Source: Macrostomum lignano
Taxonomy: Eukaryota
Reading direction: 5' to 3'
Length of the DNA stretch: 64,000 bases
NCBI GenBank assembly: GCA_002269645.1
Contig: NIVC01001054.1
Coordinates: 208,744 to 272,743 of the forward strand
Part shown: positions 1 through 14,000 of the stretch, in pieces
How the letters are laid out: each line of letters begins with the position of its first letter
Position numbering within the stretch: the stretch's first letter is position 1
The notes under the pieces: model-generated
Database searches by the model: none
What the model saw: only the letters and a program-made list of their open reading frames with translations
Told to the model about the DNA's origin: nothing
Made by a program: the position numbers and the translations under genes

Positions 1-1744
1 GTCCTATTGTCTGTCTACATGTCTGTGTCCTATTGTCTGTCTGCATGTCTGTCTCTTATTGTCTGTCTGCATGTCTGTCTCTTATTGTCTGTCTGCATGT
101 CTGTGCCTATTGTCTGTCTACATGTCTGTGTCCTATTGTCTGTCTGCATGTCTGTCTCTTATTGTCTGTCTACATATCTGTGTCCTATTGTCTGTCTGCA
201 TGTCTGTCTCTTATTGTCTGTCTGCATGTCTGTCTCTTATTGTCTGTCTGCATGTCTGTGTCCTATTGTCTGTCTGCATGTCTGTGCCTATTGTCTGTCT
301 ACATGTCTGTGTCCTATTGTCTGTCTGCATGTCTGTCTCTTATTGTCTGTCTACATGTCTGTGTCCTATTGTCTGTCTGCATGTCTGTCTCTTATTGTCT
401 GTCTACATATCTGTGTCCTATTGTCTGTCTGCATGTCTGTCTCTTATTGTCTGTCTGCATGTCTGTCTCTTATTGTCTGTCTGCATGTCTGTGTCCTATT
501 GTCTGTCTGCATGTCTGTCTCTTATTGTCTGTCTGCATGTCTGTCTCTTATTGTCTGTCTACATGTCTGTGTCCTATTGTCTGTCTGCATGTCTGTCTCT
601 TATTGTCTGTCTACATATCTGTGTCCTATTGTCTGTCTGCATGTCTGTCTCTTATTGTCTGTCTGCATGTCTGTCTCTTATTGTCTGTCTGCATGTCTGT
701 GCCTATTGTCTGTCTACATATCTGTGTCCTATTGTCTGTCTGCATGTCTGTCTCTTATTGTCTGTCTGCATGTCTGTCTCTTATTGTCTGTCTGCATGTC
801 TGTCTCTTATTGTCTGTCTGCATGTCTGTGCCTATTGTCTGTCTACATGTCTGTGTCCTATTGTCTGTCTGCATGTCTGTCTCTTATTGTCTGTCTACAT
901 ATCTGTGTCCTATTGTCTGTCTGGGTGTTTCTGTCCTATTGTCTGTCTGGGTGTTTCTGTCCTATTGTGTGTGGGTGTTTGTGTCCTGTTGTCTGTCTGG
1001 GTGTTTGTGTCCTATTGTCTGTCTGGGTGTTTGTGTCCTATTGTCTGTCTGGGTGTTTGTGTCCTATTGTCTGTCTGGGTGTTTGTGTCCTATTGTCTGG
1101 GTGTTTGTGTCCTATTGTCTGTCTGGGTGTTTGTGTCCTATTGTCTGTCTGGGTGTTTCTGTCCTATTGTGTGTCTGGGTGTTTGTGTCCTATTGTCTGT
1201 CTGGGTGTCTGTGTCCTATTGTCTGTCTGCGTGTTTCTGTCCTATTGTGTGTCTGGGTGTTTGTGTCCTATTGTGTGTCTGGGTGTTTGTGTCCTATTGT
1301 CTGTCTGGGTGTCTGTGTCCTATTGTCTGTCTGCGTGTTTCTGTCCTATTGTGTGTCTGGGTGTTTGTGTCCTATTGTGTGTCTGGGTGTTTGTGTCCTA
1401 TTGTCTGTCTGGGTGTCTGTGTCCTATTGTCTGCCTGGGTGTTTGTGTCCTATTGTCTGTCTGGGTGTTTGTGTCCTATTGTCTGTCTGGGTGTTTGTGT
1501 CCTATTGTCTGTCTGGGTGTTTCTGTCCTATTGTGTGTCTGGGTGTTTGTCTCCTATTGTCTGTCTGGGTGTTTGTGTCCTATTGTGTGTCTGGGTGTTT
1601 GTGTCCTATTGTCTGTCTGGGTGTTTGTGTCCTATTGTCTGTCTGGGTGTCTGTGTCCTATTGTCTGTCTGCATGTCTGTGTCCTATTGTCTGTCTGGGT
1701 GTCTGTGTCCTATTGTCTGTCTGCATGTCTATGTCCTATTGTCT
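1..1744. repeat. 26-bp minisatellite array, two sub-domains
   Basis: Unit GTCCTATTGTCTGTCTGCATGTCTGT (1 to ~915) switches to GTCCTATTGTCTGTCTGGGTGTTTGT (~915-1744). It explains the three overlapping ~570-600 aa ORFs. Confidence 0.97.
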
Positions 1745-3690
1745 TTCCGCCTAAATATGCCAAGTCTGATTTTGTGTTAGCAGAATTGAGGCATTTAAAA
1801 AAATAGAAATCAAGTCAACCAGGAGAGCCCCCATCAAGGGGGAAAGTCTGTCACAGTTGCCAGGAACGGAGTGGGTGGCAGCACAGGGACTCCGGAAGAA
1901 AGCTGGGATTTGAGGAAAATTTACACTTGGTCCAGTTCTTTCAACATCAGCATTGGTGAGAAAGTTCTTGGAAAGATGGAGGAGGCGACGGGGGGAAGCC
2001 AGAGACGCGGGCTTAACGGTCTGCCTGCTCAGGAAACCATGCCAAGCAAAAGCAGAAGTCTTGCACAAATGCGCGTGTGTGCGTGGCGATCTGGACCCTG
2101 CAGGGCTCTTGCGGTAATCAATAATTCACGGACTGAGTTCTTTCTCGCGCGGCACAGCTCCCAGCAACGCTACCACCCACCCAGTGTAAGGTGGGTGTAA
2201 TTTTTTCTCTTCACAATCAAGTCGCCTCCCTTCCTGAGTTGCTGCTTGGAGGAGCCGAAAGCTTACGGAGATGGGAGTGTTATAAAGTGTGCCTTTCTCT
2301 GTATGTTTCTCTAGGAGTCGATTTTTTAAGGTGTAAAGACGCAGACGCATTCCGCTTTCTTCATGCGATGTTTTGAACGTTACGTTCATTCTGATGGGAC
2401 TTTTGCACTAAGCATTCCAGCTCCCAAGGCACAGATAGTGTACCTGTCTGGCGATTAGAAAGTCAGGGCAGCTGTGCACCCTGTGTGAGCCTGTGTGTGA
2501 GTGCGTTTCTGTGTACAGCATTGCTGGTTAGTTGTGTGACGATGTCGCCGAGAGCGTTACGCCAAGTTGCCCCCAGCCCTTATGCAATTGTTATTAAAGA
2601 CGCGAATATAAATAATGCGATTAGAAGAGTGACTCGAATATTATAAAGACTTCTAAAGGTAAGATTCTTGTTTGTAAATATCAAAGGTGAAAGGTTCTGC
2701 AGTGGAGCCTGGGACTGAGTTCAAGCAACAATCTGCTTAGACTTGAAGACTTTTCCAAGAAAAGCACAGGACTTGTTTGGCAAAGTAACAACAACGAACC
2801 CAGCGCTGTTGGGTCTCAAGTTACAAAAGGAAAATTAATTTGAACACAGAAATGCAAGCATAAGACCCGCAACTGGGTCTCTGTTTTGAAAAAGAAGCCT
2901 GGAACAAGTATTAGAAAAGCGTCGAGATGAAATGCGAAGCCAGAATTTTTGACAAAAAAACAGATACAGAACCGAAAGCGACGAAACGCCTGCAGGAGCA
3001 GCAGGCCTTGGGGTGATCCATCCTAACAGCGAATTTGCTTTGGCTCGGACTGCAAAAGCTTCCATGCAGTCAGCTATATTTATACATACCTTCTACCTTT
3101 CCCTCTTCTACCTTGGGGGCATCGGGACTAACAAACACGCGGTGTATAGTAGCCCTGCAAAGGTGATTACACGCGCACACATACACACTCCAACAATAGC
3201 TGTCTGTTATACTGCCCTATTAATATACAATGCATTCGGGACCTGCTGTTGCATAGCTGCCTGCTGGCAGTACTGAATTCCCCCTCTGTTACTGTGGACC
3301 CTGGCATTTCTACATTCTTCTAAAAACCTCCAGCATCTGTGTTGGCAAACAGACACACAGCATACGGACACAAAGAGGATTTCCTTACTTCCCCGCAGCT
3401 GCAGCAGCTGGGGGCCATCAATATGCGCCTACTTAGCGGAACCAAAGGCAATCGAAACTGCGGAAGGAGGGCGACAAACCCTCCCAGCTACTGACCCTGT
3501 CCCAGCTGTCCCTACAGGGGAGATAAGATGCTGGCAGAGAAGGGGAAATGAAGACGGAAGTGCTGCTAAGAATATATGATGCGGCAACGTGGAGGCTGGG
3601 CCAGCCATTGGAATTCTTGGCTGCTGTGCCATGCTAGATGCGGCAGATTGCGGTGGGCCTCACAGCCTGACACTTCAGGCCTTGCACTGG

Positions 3691-3752
3691 AGAGACAGAC
3701 AGACAGACACACAGACAGACAGACAGGCAGACAAAAAGACACACAGACACTC

Positions 3753-3791
<39 letters not shown>

Positions 3792-3808
3792 AAGACACAC
3801 AGACACTA

Positions 3809-3865
<57 letters not shown>

Positions 3866-3936
3866 GGCAGACAAAAAGACACACAGACACTAAGACAGAC
3901 AGACAGACAGGCAGACAAAAAGACACACAGACACTA

Positions 3937-3977
<41 letters not shown>

Positions 3978-3998
3978 GGCAGACAGACAGACAGACAC

Positions 3999-4033
<35 letters not shown>

Positions 4034-4062
4034 CACAGACAGACAGACAGACAGACAGACAC

Positions 4063-4095
<33 letters not shown>

Positions 4096-4322
4096 AAGAC
4101 ACACAGACAGACACGAGAAGTCAGACAGACTCACAGACACACAGACAAAAAGACACACAGACACTAAGACTCACAGACACACAGACAAAAAGACACACAG
4201 ACACTAAGACACACAGACAGACAGACAAAAAGACACACATACACTAAGACAGACAGACAGACAAAAAGACACACAGACACTAAGACAGACAGACAAACAG
4301 GCAAAAACACACACAGACACTA

Positions 4323-4359
<37 letters not shown>

Positions 4360-4424
4360 GGCAGACAAAAAGACACACAGACACTAAGACAGACAGACAG
4401 ACAGGCAAAAACACACAGACACTA

Positions 4425-4499
<75 letters not shown>

Positions 4500-4676
4500 A
4501 AGGCACACAGACACTAAGACACACAGACAGACAGACAAAAAGACACACATACACTAAGACAGACAGACAGACAAAAAGACACACAGACACTAAGACAGAC
4601 AGAAAGACAGACAAAAAGACACACTAAGACAGACAGACAAAGACAAAAAGACACACAGGCAGACACGCAGACAGTC

Positions 4677-4733
<57 letters not shown>

Positions 4734-4752
4734 GGCAGGCAGACAAACAGGC

Positions 4753-4850
<98 letters not shown>

Positions 4851-4873
4851 ACAGAGAGACAGACAGACAGACT

Positions 4874-4905
<32 letters not shown>

Positions 4906-5058
4906 GGCAGGCAGGCAGGCAGGCAGACAGACAGACAGACAGACAGACAGGCAGGCAGGCAGGCAGGCAGGCACACAGACAGACACTAAGACAGACGCTA
5001 CAGACAGAAAGACGCTAAGACAGACTCTCGGAAACTAAGACAGACAGACAGACAGACA
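3691..5058. repeat. compound (GACA)n/(GGCA)n microsatellite
   Basis: Long GACA runs interrupted by CAAAAAGACACACAGACACTAA modules, with GGCA runs after ~4730. Confidence 0.97.
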
Positions 5059-6030
5059 TTCTAGGACAGACACTAAAGCACTAAAGCAGACGCTAAGACA
5101 AACTAAAATAGACACTAAAATGGCAGCACTAAGACAAATTCTAAATAAGAAAGACAGGAGCCCCATGGAGTTAGACAGCTAATCAGGCAGACAGAGACAC
5201 AGAAAAGACACTTAGACAATTCTAGACAAAAGCGTAAGACATTCGGAACAGATTCGGACAGACAGTTCGATACGGATTTATCCGTCTGTTTAACGTCTTC
5301 TACCCAACTGGCTATACTTTGATTGTGTCCGTTCTGTTCTCCCCAGTCCCGCATGCAGTCGTGGCTCAAGGAAAGCATGAGTAGGCATAGGAAGAGAAGA
5401 TGGCTCTCTCTGTGTGTACACTTTTTAGCTTAGCTACAGGTGTGGCGGCAATTTTTTCTAGGAATGATTTTTTTATTTCCAAATCTCCCTACCTCCGTAG
5501 CAACGGTCCCTAGCCGTCTCTTTCTCCCTCTCTCCATCCGTCAGCTTCGTCACACGCCTTGATCAGCCGCGCTTAGAGGCGAGGCTGCATGCGCGAAAGA
5601 AGATGCTTGGGCAAAAATCTCTGCCTGTCTGTCTTCCCACCTCCCAGCCTCCCTCCCTTGCTACTAAGGACTGCCCTTCTGTTCGCTTCTCCATCGACTC
5701 GGATCCGCTCGATCGCGGTGACCTCCACCCCATTCATCCAGTTCCCATTTCCCGGCTCCTCAGCTGCATCTCACCTGATTCAACATCGCGCCATGGATGA
5801 TCGAAACAGAGGGAATGTTGCTTCAATTCCCCCTAAAGAAAACAAGAAGCGTGAATTTGAAATCAAATGAGATTAAATTTGACAAAGTCAAAGCGATGTT
5901 GATGTTGCATTTTCTACGCTATGGTCATTCCTTTAACTCTATCTAATGTCCATTAATAACAAGCAGTTAACAAGAATCTATTGTAGAATATCTAGATGGA
6001 AAAGCAATTAGATGGTTACTAGCAATCTAC

Positions 6031-7050
6031 GCCCCCCGTTGGGGAGCCAAAGAAATGCAATACACGTTTTTTTAATAAACTACATGTATCCTTGAAATCT
6101 TAAAAAATCTCCTGTCAAACCTTGTAAGCCTTGACATGTCAGTAATTCCCCCCCCCACAAGCTTTAACATATCAACTTCCCCCCTTGACATCTCAGCAAT
6201 GCCCCAAATAAGCCTTGGAAATCTAAAAATATCTGTCAACCTTCTAACCCTAACCCTAGCCTAACCCTAACCCTAACCCTAACCCTAACCCTAACCTAAC
6301 CCTAAAGCATTGAAATTTCAATAATTCTCTCTAAGAGTCATTATAGCACTACTACAACATTATAGCGATTCCCTGCAAGCCTCGACATCGTAGAGATTCC
6401 CAAATGAATCTCTTAACTTCGACATGAAGCTTATTTTATTTTTTACATTACGCTTTTTTTATCAGCGATCCCTCCCCAGAGGAGGCATCAAATAATGTAA
6501 TAAAAAGTTTTCAATAAACTACATGTAGCTTCTGACTTTAGCCTTGAAATCTCATTTATACCCCGTGAACCTTGACATCTCAGATATTCCCCCGTAAGTC
6601 TTAACATGTCAGCGATGGCCCCCATAAACCTTGAAATCTAAAAAATCCCCTGTTATTCTGTTAACCTTGAAATCCGATAAAATATAACCCTCAACCCACA
6701 CCTGACCTAAACCTAACTTTAACCCAACCTAAAGCCTTGAAATCTCAGCAATTCTTCTCCCCTAAGCCTTGGAATTTAAGTGATTCCTTCTTTAAGAATC
6801 ACAGCACTATAACGATTTCCACCAAGCTTTGACATCGTAGCAATTCCCAAATGAATATTTTAACTTCGACATGACTTTTCTTTTATGTATACGTAGTGCT
6901 ACTTTTATTTTTTACATGACTCTTCTTCTATCAGCGCCCCCCCCGTGGCGAGCCAACAAATAATGCAATAAAAAAATTGAGTAAAGTACATGAACTTTGA
7001 AGTAGCTTCTGACTTTTGCTTTGACATCTCAGAACCCCCCCCCGTAATCT
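6031..7050. repeat. diverged ~435-470-bp tandem repeat, about 2.3 copies
   Basis: Colinear blocks recur: CCCC..AATAATGCAATAAAA..TAAACTACATG near 6031, 6465 and 6934; GACATCGTAG..ATTCCCAAATGAAT..TTAACTTCGACATGA near 6383-6426 and 6831-6873. Confidence 0.75.
6244..6305 (-). repeat. interstitial telomere-type (TTAGGG)n tract, ~10 units
   Basis: CTAACCCTAACCCTAGCCTAACCCTAACCCTAACCCTAACCCTAACCCTAACCTAACCCTAA on the + strand. Confidence 0.85.
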
Positions 7051-7199
7051 CAGTTATTCTCTGAGAGCCTTTACGTCTCAGTTTTTCCTCCCCAGCACAG
7101 CATTATAGCTGCATTTAATTTTTACATGACACCCTTCATGTCTGACATGACGCTTCTTTTATTCTACCATGATGCTTCTTAATTTTTTAAATGACACTT

Positions 7200-8516
7200 T
7201 CATTAGTTTTTAAATGAGGCTCCTATGATTTTTTCATGACGCTTCTATGATTTTTACATGACACTTCTATGATTTTTTATATGACGCTTCTATGATTGTT
7301 TATATGACGCTTCTATGCTTTTTACATGACGCTTCTATGATTTTTTTACATAACGCTTCCATGATTGTTTACATGACGCTTCTATGATTGTTTACATGAC
7401 GCTTCTATGATTGTTTACATGACGCTTCTATGATTTTTTACATGACGCTTCTATGATTATTTCATGACGCTTCTACGATTTCTGCAGGACGCTTCGATGA
7501 TTTTTACATGACGCTTTTATGATTTTTACATGACGCTTCTATGATTGTTTACATGACGCTTCTATGATTGTTTATACGACGCTTCTATGATTTTTACATG
7601 ACGCTTCTATGCTTTTTACATGACGCTTCTATGATTGTTTACATGACGCTTCCATGATTGTTTCATGACGCTTCTATGATTGTTTACATGACGCTTCTAT
7701 GATTGTTTACATGACGCTTCTATGATTGTTTACATGACGCTTCTATGATTGTTTACATGACGCTTCTATGATTGTTTATACGACGCTTCTATGATTTTTA
7801 CATGACGCTTCTATGCTTTTTACATGACGCTTCTATGATTTTTTACATGACGCTTCTATGATTGTTTCATGACGCTTCTATGATTGTTTACATGACGCTT
7901 CTATGATTTTTTACATGACGCTTCTATGATTGTTTACATGACGCTTCTATGATTGTTTATACGACGCTTCTATGATTTTTACATGACGCTTCTATGCTTT
8001 TTACATGACGCTTCTATGATTTTTTACATGACGCTTCTATGATTGTTTCATGACGCTTCTATGATTTTTTACATGGCGCTTCTATGATTGTTTACATGAC
8101 GCTTCTATGATTTTTTACATGACGCTTCTATGATTGTTTACATGACGCTTCTATGATTGTTTAAATGACGCTTCTATGATTGTTTACATGACGCTTCTAT
8201 GATTTTTTACATGACGCTTCTATGATTGTTTACATGACGCTTCTATGATTGTTTACATGACGCTTCTATGATTTTTATATGACGCTTCTATGATTGTTTA
8301 CATGACGCTTCTATGATTGTTTACATGACGCTTCTATGATTGTTTAAATGACGCTTCTATGATTGTTTACATGACGCTTCTATGATTGTTTACATGACGC
8401 TTCTATGATTGTTTACATGACGCTTCTATGATTTTTTACATGACGCTTCTATGATTGTTTACATGACGCTTCTATGATTTTTTACATGACGCTTCTATGA
8501 TTTTTACATGACGATT
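7200..8516. repeat. 23-bp minisatellite
   Basis: Unit CATGACGCTTCTATGATTGTTTA, ~55 copies, with a degenerate ramp at 7120-7260. Confidence 0.97.
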
Positions 8517-10159
8517 CTTTTTAAAAAGTCTTTTAGTTTTCCTGACGTTGAAAAGCTTTAATTAAAAAATTATACTCTATGAAAATTCAAACCATCGTCG
8601 CTGCATTTAACAGTTCAGTTTGTTCACCTCTAGGCTAGCTCTCATCGTTTTGATAACATCAAATTTTGCACTTATATAACTCAACACTTTAAAATCCAAG
8701 CATAGAGTAAATCACACGAAGCAGTTATGACATAATCAGTTTCTCAGTCAGTCAGTATCAGTTAACAATATGGTTACGCAATCTAAATCAAGTCTGGTGC
8801 TACGCTTCCACACTGCATTTTCAATTCAAGTCGGAGTTACAATTCAGTTATGATGCAATCTATTTCAGAATCAGAATTCAACCAGTCAGTTTTTTCTCTA
8901 GCATTCTTACAATGCATTTCAAGTCGAAAAGTTTGCTTGACCTTTGCAAAAAAGCATGTTTTTCGAATATTTAATGCCTTTAGCATCAAGAAATTTCTTA
9001 GCCACGATGCATGTACAGTCACGGGAAAATTTCTGATCGAACAGTGCAAGTTCGAACAAAATCGGTACAGCCATTTTTTCTCTAATCGATCACATAGACA
9101 CAGACAGACCATTTTTAGTATATAGGATTTTCTGCAACAGTCTCTGTACAGATGCGAGTTTGCTTTTTTTGGAGCAACTCTGCTTGAACGGCAGATTTTC
9201 TCACGCACAAGTTGTATTTGCGCTCTCTCAGCCGGCACACTTTCACTTTGTCACGGCATTTTCTCGGTTTTTTCTGTATGCCTCCTTCATTTTATTATGG
9301 TTAGATCTTTAGACGCAGATCATTATTTGCTTCTGTTAAGCTCTCTCTTCTGCGGATTAGCTTAGTTCTCAGCGGGTTTCCGCTGGACCCCTGAGCACGG
9401 GCAGAGTCAGAGTCATAGCCTTGAATCTCACGTCAAGCCGTCAATTGTCAGTTAACTCAATTAATGCAGTCTCGCAGGGAATAGAACCCCGGGGTACCAC
9501 TGAGTTCGAAGCTCTGAAAGTGTTTTGTCCTTTGAAATTTTGACTGCCTGAAGCGTGTGTTCAATGTACGAACGTATGTGTATCCAGAAGATATATTAGC
9601 TTATACTAATGGCAAATCCTTTCTGCCATTATCCAAGCCCCGAGTCTCTCGCAGTCTTGTTGGCCTGCAACTGGCGTGTAAATTATTGATTGCCCATTGG
9701 GAAGAGGGAAAGAGAGGGGACTGAGAGGGACCTCAAGTCAGTTGCTGATAAGCTACCCTATAGGATTATATCCCCTGACTAGTTTAGCTTGGTTGGCCAT
9801 TGCTAAAGTCTGCTTCAGCAAGCTTAGTGACGATTTCTTGAGCTCCCGCGCTGTGCCTTTCTCCGCTTTCCTCACTCTGCAATGACTGTTTTCAGTTACA
9901 GAACTCGATCTCTTTAGCGGGGTTTTTGCCACTATATCAACCGACGTCTCTTCCTACACATGAGAGTTGGGAATTCAATTTTCCTACGCAAATTATCTGA
10001 CAAGTAGACCTTGCTCAGAGTGTAGAACTGAGTGTAGTGCTAGGAACTGGCTTTTTCGGCTTGTACTGGGGTGGGTTTGGTGCCTGATAGTTCCGGATGT
10101 TTAGAGGAAAAAGAAAAACTAAGAAAATTAAGAGAAGGCAAGGAAGGAGAAGAGGGCAG

Positions 10160-10790
10160 TCTGAAAAAGACATGAGAGATGAAAGGGAGATAGAAGATGA
10201 GAGGTAAATGATAGATAAGAGGGAGATAAGAGATCATTTAAAAATGAGAGATGAGAAGGAGATGACAAATGACTGAGAGATAAGAGATGAGAGAGGGAAA
10301 TGAGAGACGAGAGATGATAGGGAGATAATAGATGAAAGGGAGATAAGAGATAAGAGTGAGATGAGAGATGAGAGAGAGATGAGATATGAAGGGGAGATGG
10401 TGGATGAGAGGGAGATAAGAGCTAAGAGGGAGATGAGATATGAGAGGGAGATGAGATATGAAGGGGAGATGAGAGATGAGAGGGAGATGAGAGTTAAGAG
10501 GGAGATGAGATGTACGAGAAGGAGATGAGATATATGAGAGGGAGATGAGATATGAAGGGGAGATGAGAGATGAAAGGGAGATGAGAGTTAAGAGGGAGAT
10601 TAGATATGAGAGGGAGATGAGAGATGAGATTCAGATGAGAGAGGGAGATGAGAGATGATAGGGAGATAAGAGATGAAAGGGAGATGAGAAATAAGAGGGA
10701 GAAGAGAGATGAGAGGGAGATGAGAGGTGAGAAGGAGATGAGAGATGAGAAGATAAGATGCAGAAATGAAATGAGGGGAAAAAGAGTTGT
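10160..10790. repeat. purine-rich degenerate GAGATGAGA/GGGAGAT repeat
   Basis: Almost purely G/A/T with a recurring GAGATGAGA motif. Confidence 0.85.
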
Positions 10791-11086
10791 TAAAAGAAAA
10801 CGAGGGCTTTGAGGATCGCGGTAAAGTGGACCATGTACTGTATCCAATGCAGAAATACAATAAATTTCCCTTGAAAGTAATTGATGCAACTTCAGTTCAA
10901 TCGTTTTTCTCAGATCACCACAGGCCATTTTTCTATGTACCTAATTCTTAATCTGTTTGCGCAACCCGAATTCTTATTTTCATGCATAGTAAATACAAAA
11001 AACGCTAGCGCTACTACTGCTGATTTTCAAACAGTAGCTAAATAGAATATTTTTATCCATTTTTCCATTTATCCATCCAACCGCAG

Positions 11087-14000
11087 CTGCTGCAGAAGAG
11101 CCGTCAGAACCGACTGGGCAGCAACGGTGACATCCAGGAGGTGCGCAAGCATCCGTTCTTTGCCACCATCGACTGGCAGCTCCTTGAGCAGCGCAAGATT
11201 GAGCCGCCGTTCAAACCGAAGCTGATGAGTCCGCTGTCTACTGAGTACATTGACTCTGAGTTCACGAGGGAACCAGTGCCGCGTGAGTGCCATTTTTCTA
11301 TTTTTGCGTGCCATTTTCTAGCTGAGTGCGCCATTTGCTGGTTAGGGGTGCCATTTTCATATTTGGGTGTGTCATTTCCTTATTTGGGTGTGCCATTTCC
11401 ATATTTGGGTGTGCCATTTCCTTATTTGGGTGTGCCATTTCCATATTTGGGTGTGCCATTTCCTTATTTGGGTGTGCCATTTCCATATTTGGGTGTGCCT
11501 TTTCCATATTTAGGTGTGCCATTTCCATATTTGGGTGTGCCTTTTCCATATTTGGGTGTGCCATTTCCATATTTGGGTGTGGCATTTCCATATTTGGGTG
11601 TGCCTTTTCCTTATTTGGGTGTGCCATTTCCATATTTGGGTGTGCCTTTTCCTTATTTGGGTGTGCCATTTCCATATTTGGGTGTGCCTTTTCCATATTT
11701 GGGTGTGCCATTTCCATATTTGGGTGTGCCTTTTCCTTATTTGGGTGTGCCTTTTCCTTATTTGGGTGTGCCATTTCCATATTTGGGTGTGCCTTTTCCT
11801 TATTTGGTGTGCCATTTCCATATTTGGGTGTGCCTTTTCCTTATTTGGGTGTGCCATTTCCTTATTTGGGTGTGCCATTTCCGCATTTGGGTGTGCCATT
11901 TCCATATTTGGGTGTGCCATTTCCGCATTTGGGTGTGCCATTTCCATATTTGGGTGTGTCATTTCCATATTTGGGTTGCCATTTCCTAGTTGGGTGTGGC
12001 ATTTCCCTGTTTGGGTGTGCCATTTCCCTATTTGGGTGTGCCATTTCCCTGTTTGGGTGTGCCATTTCCCTGTTTGGGTGTGCCATTTCCCTGTTTGGGT
12101 GTGCCATTTCCCTATTTGGGTGTGCCATTTCCCTGTTTGGGTGTACCATTTCCCTGTTTGGGCGTGGCATTTCCCTGTTTGGGTGTGCCATTTCCCTGTT
12201 TGGGTGTGGCATTTCCCTGTTTGGGTGTGGCATTTCCTAGTTGGGTGTGCCATTTCCCTGTTTGGGTGTGGCATTTCCCTGTTTGGGTGTACCATTTCCC
12301 TGTTTGGGCGTGGCATTTCCCTGTTTGGGTGTGCCATTTCCCTGTTTGGGTGTGGCATTTCCCTGTTTGGGTGTGGCATTTCCCTGTTTGGGTGTGGCAT
12401 TTCCTAGTTGGGTGTGGCATTTCCTAGTTGGGTGTGGCATTTCCCTGTTTGGGTGTGGCATTTCCCTGTTTGGGTGTGCCATTCCCGATGGGAAAAGGGC
12501 AGCCTCTAATTTTTACCCTAGCCTCAAACGCAGCCTCGAATGAACCTCAAAGTGGATTTTTTGAGGCTGGTTAGATGCTAGCCTCAAAAATAATCTTTAA
12601 CCTCAAAAGAGATTGTATTTGATGCTGGATTTGAGGCTAGAGTAGAGGTTCAAATTAGAGTCTGAGATAGAGGCTAGATTCGAGGCTGGATTAGAGGCTT
12701 TTTTTGAGCCTGGATTTGACGTTTAATTTAGAGGCTAAATTCGAGGCTGGATTAGAGGCTTTATTTGAGCCTGGATTTGACGTTTAATTTAGAGGCTAAA
12801 TTCGAGGCTGGATTAGAGGCTTTTTTTGAGCCTGGATTTGACGTTTAACTTAGAGGCTAAATTCGAGGCTGGATTAGAGGCTTTATTTGAGCCTGGATTT
12901 GACGTTTAATTTAGAGGCTAAATTCGAGGCTGGATTAGAGGCTTTATTTGAGCCTGGATTTGACGTTTAATTTAGAGGCTAAATTCGAGGCTGGATTAGA
13001 GGCTTTATTTGAGCCTGGATTTGACGTTTAATTTAGAGGCTAAATTCGAGGCTGGATTAGAGGCTTTATTTGAGCCTGGATTTGACGTTTAATTTAGAGG
13101 CTAAATTCGAGGCTGGATTAGAGGCTTTATTTGAGCCTGGATTTGATGTTTAATTTAGAGGCTAAATTCGAGGCTGGATTAGAGGCTTTATTTGAGCCTG
13201 GATTTGATGTTTAATTTAGAGGCTAAATTCGAGGCTGGATTAGAGGCTGGATTAGAGACTGAATTAGAGGCTGGATTAGAGACTGGATTCGAGGCTCAAT
13301 TAGAGACTGGATTCGAGGCTCAATTAGAGGCTGGATTAGAGGCTGTATTAGAGACTGAATTAGAGGCTGGATTAGAGACTGGATTCGAGGCTCAATTAGA
13401 GACTGGATTCGAGGCTCAATTAGAGGCTGGATTAGAGGCTGTATTAGAGACTGAATTAGAGGCTGGATTAGAGACTGGATTCGAGGCTCAATTAGAGACT
13501 GGATTCGAGGCTCAATTAGAGGCTGGATTAGAGGCTGTATTAGAGACTGAATTAGAGGCTGGATTAGAGACTGGATTCGAGGCTCAATTAGAGACTGGAT
13601 TCGAGGCTCAATTAGAGGCTGGATTAGAGGCACAGCACTCATGGAAGACAAGGAGAGGCTCCAGGCGGCATTGGATGAGCTTTCACGTGACCATGACACG
13701 GAGGCGCAGTCTGTCGAAGGAAAAGTATCCAGCATGAAGGCTGATTTGCACCAGCTTGCCCTCGAGTATCGGCAGACTTGTACTTCCTTCCGAAACTCGG
13801 TGCGGATCATCTCATCGGTTGATAAAATGCTAGAGGACGCGAACAAAATCCACGCGCGTGCACGCACCGAGCTCGCCAAGATGGCGGAATTCTGCTCCGA
13901 CTCGCCAGCCACAATAGTTGACTCCTCCATGGCCACTGAAGTGGAGTCCTTAGGGATCACCTTGGCTGTTAACACTCGTGCGAGTGACAGTACGTCCGGT

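Noticed and set aside
7-1806. Three overlapping ~570-600 aa ORFs (also 11141-12543, 16227-18936, 29567-31410, 36679-37590, 46221-46697, 47302-48583, 50299-51134)
   Set aside because: They are translations of stop-free tandem repeats, open in several frames and on both strands; only the spliced exon parts are real.
1746-3690. Upstream SGK kinase-domain exons or another gene
   Set aside because: No kinase motifs or consistent exon boundaries in any frame here or in 5100-11080; short ORFs are unrecognisable.
6244-6305. True chromosome end
   Set aside because: Only ~10 imperfect units with ordinary sequence on both sides.
10811-10951. Possible endonuclease remnant (KVDHVLY...FSDHHRP) and a Helitron-like 3' end at ~9040-9125
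   Set aside because: Motifs too short to support a feature without a profile search.
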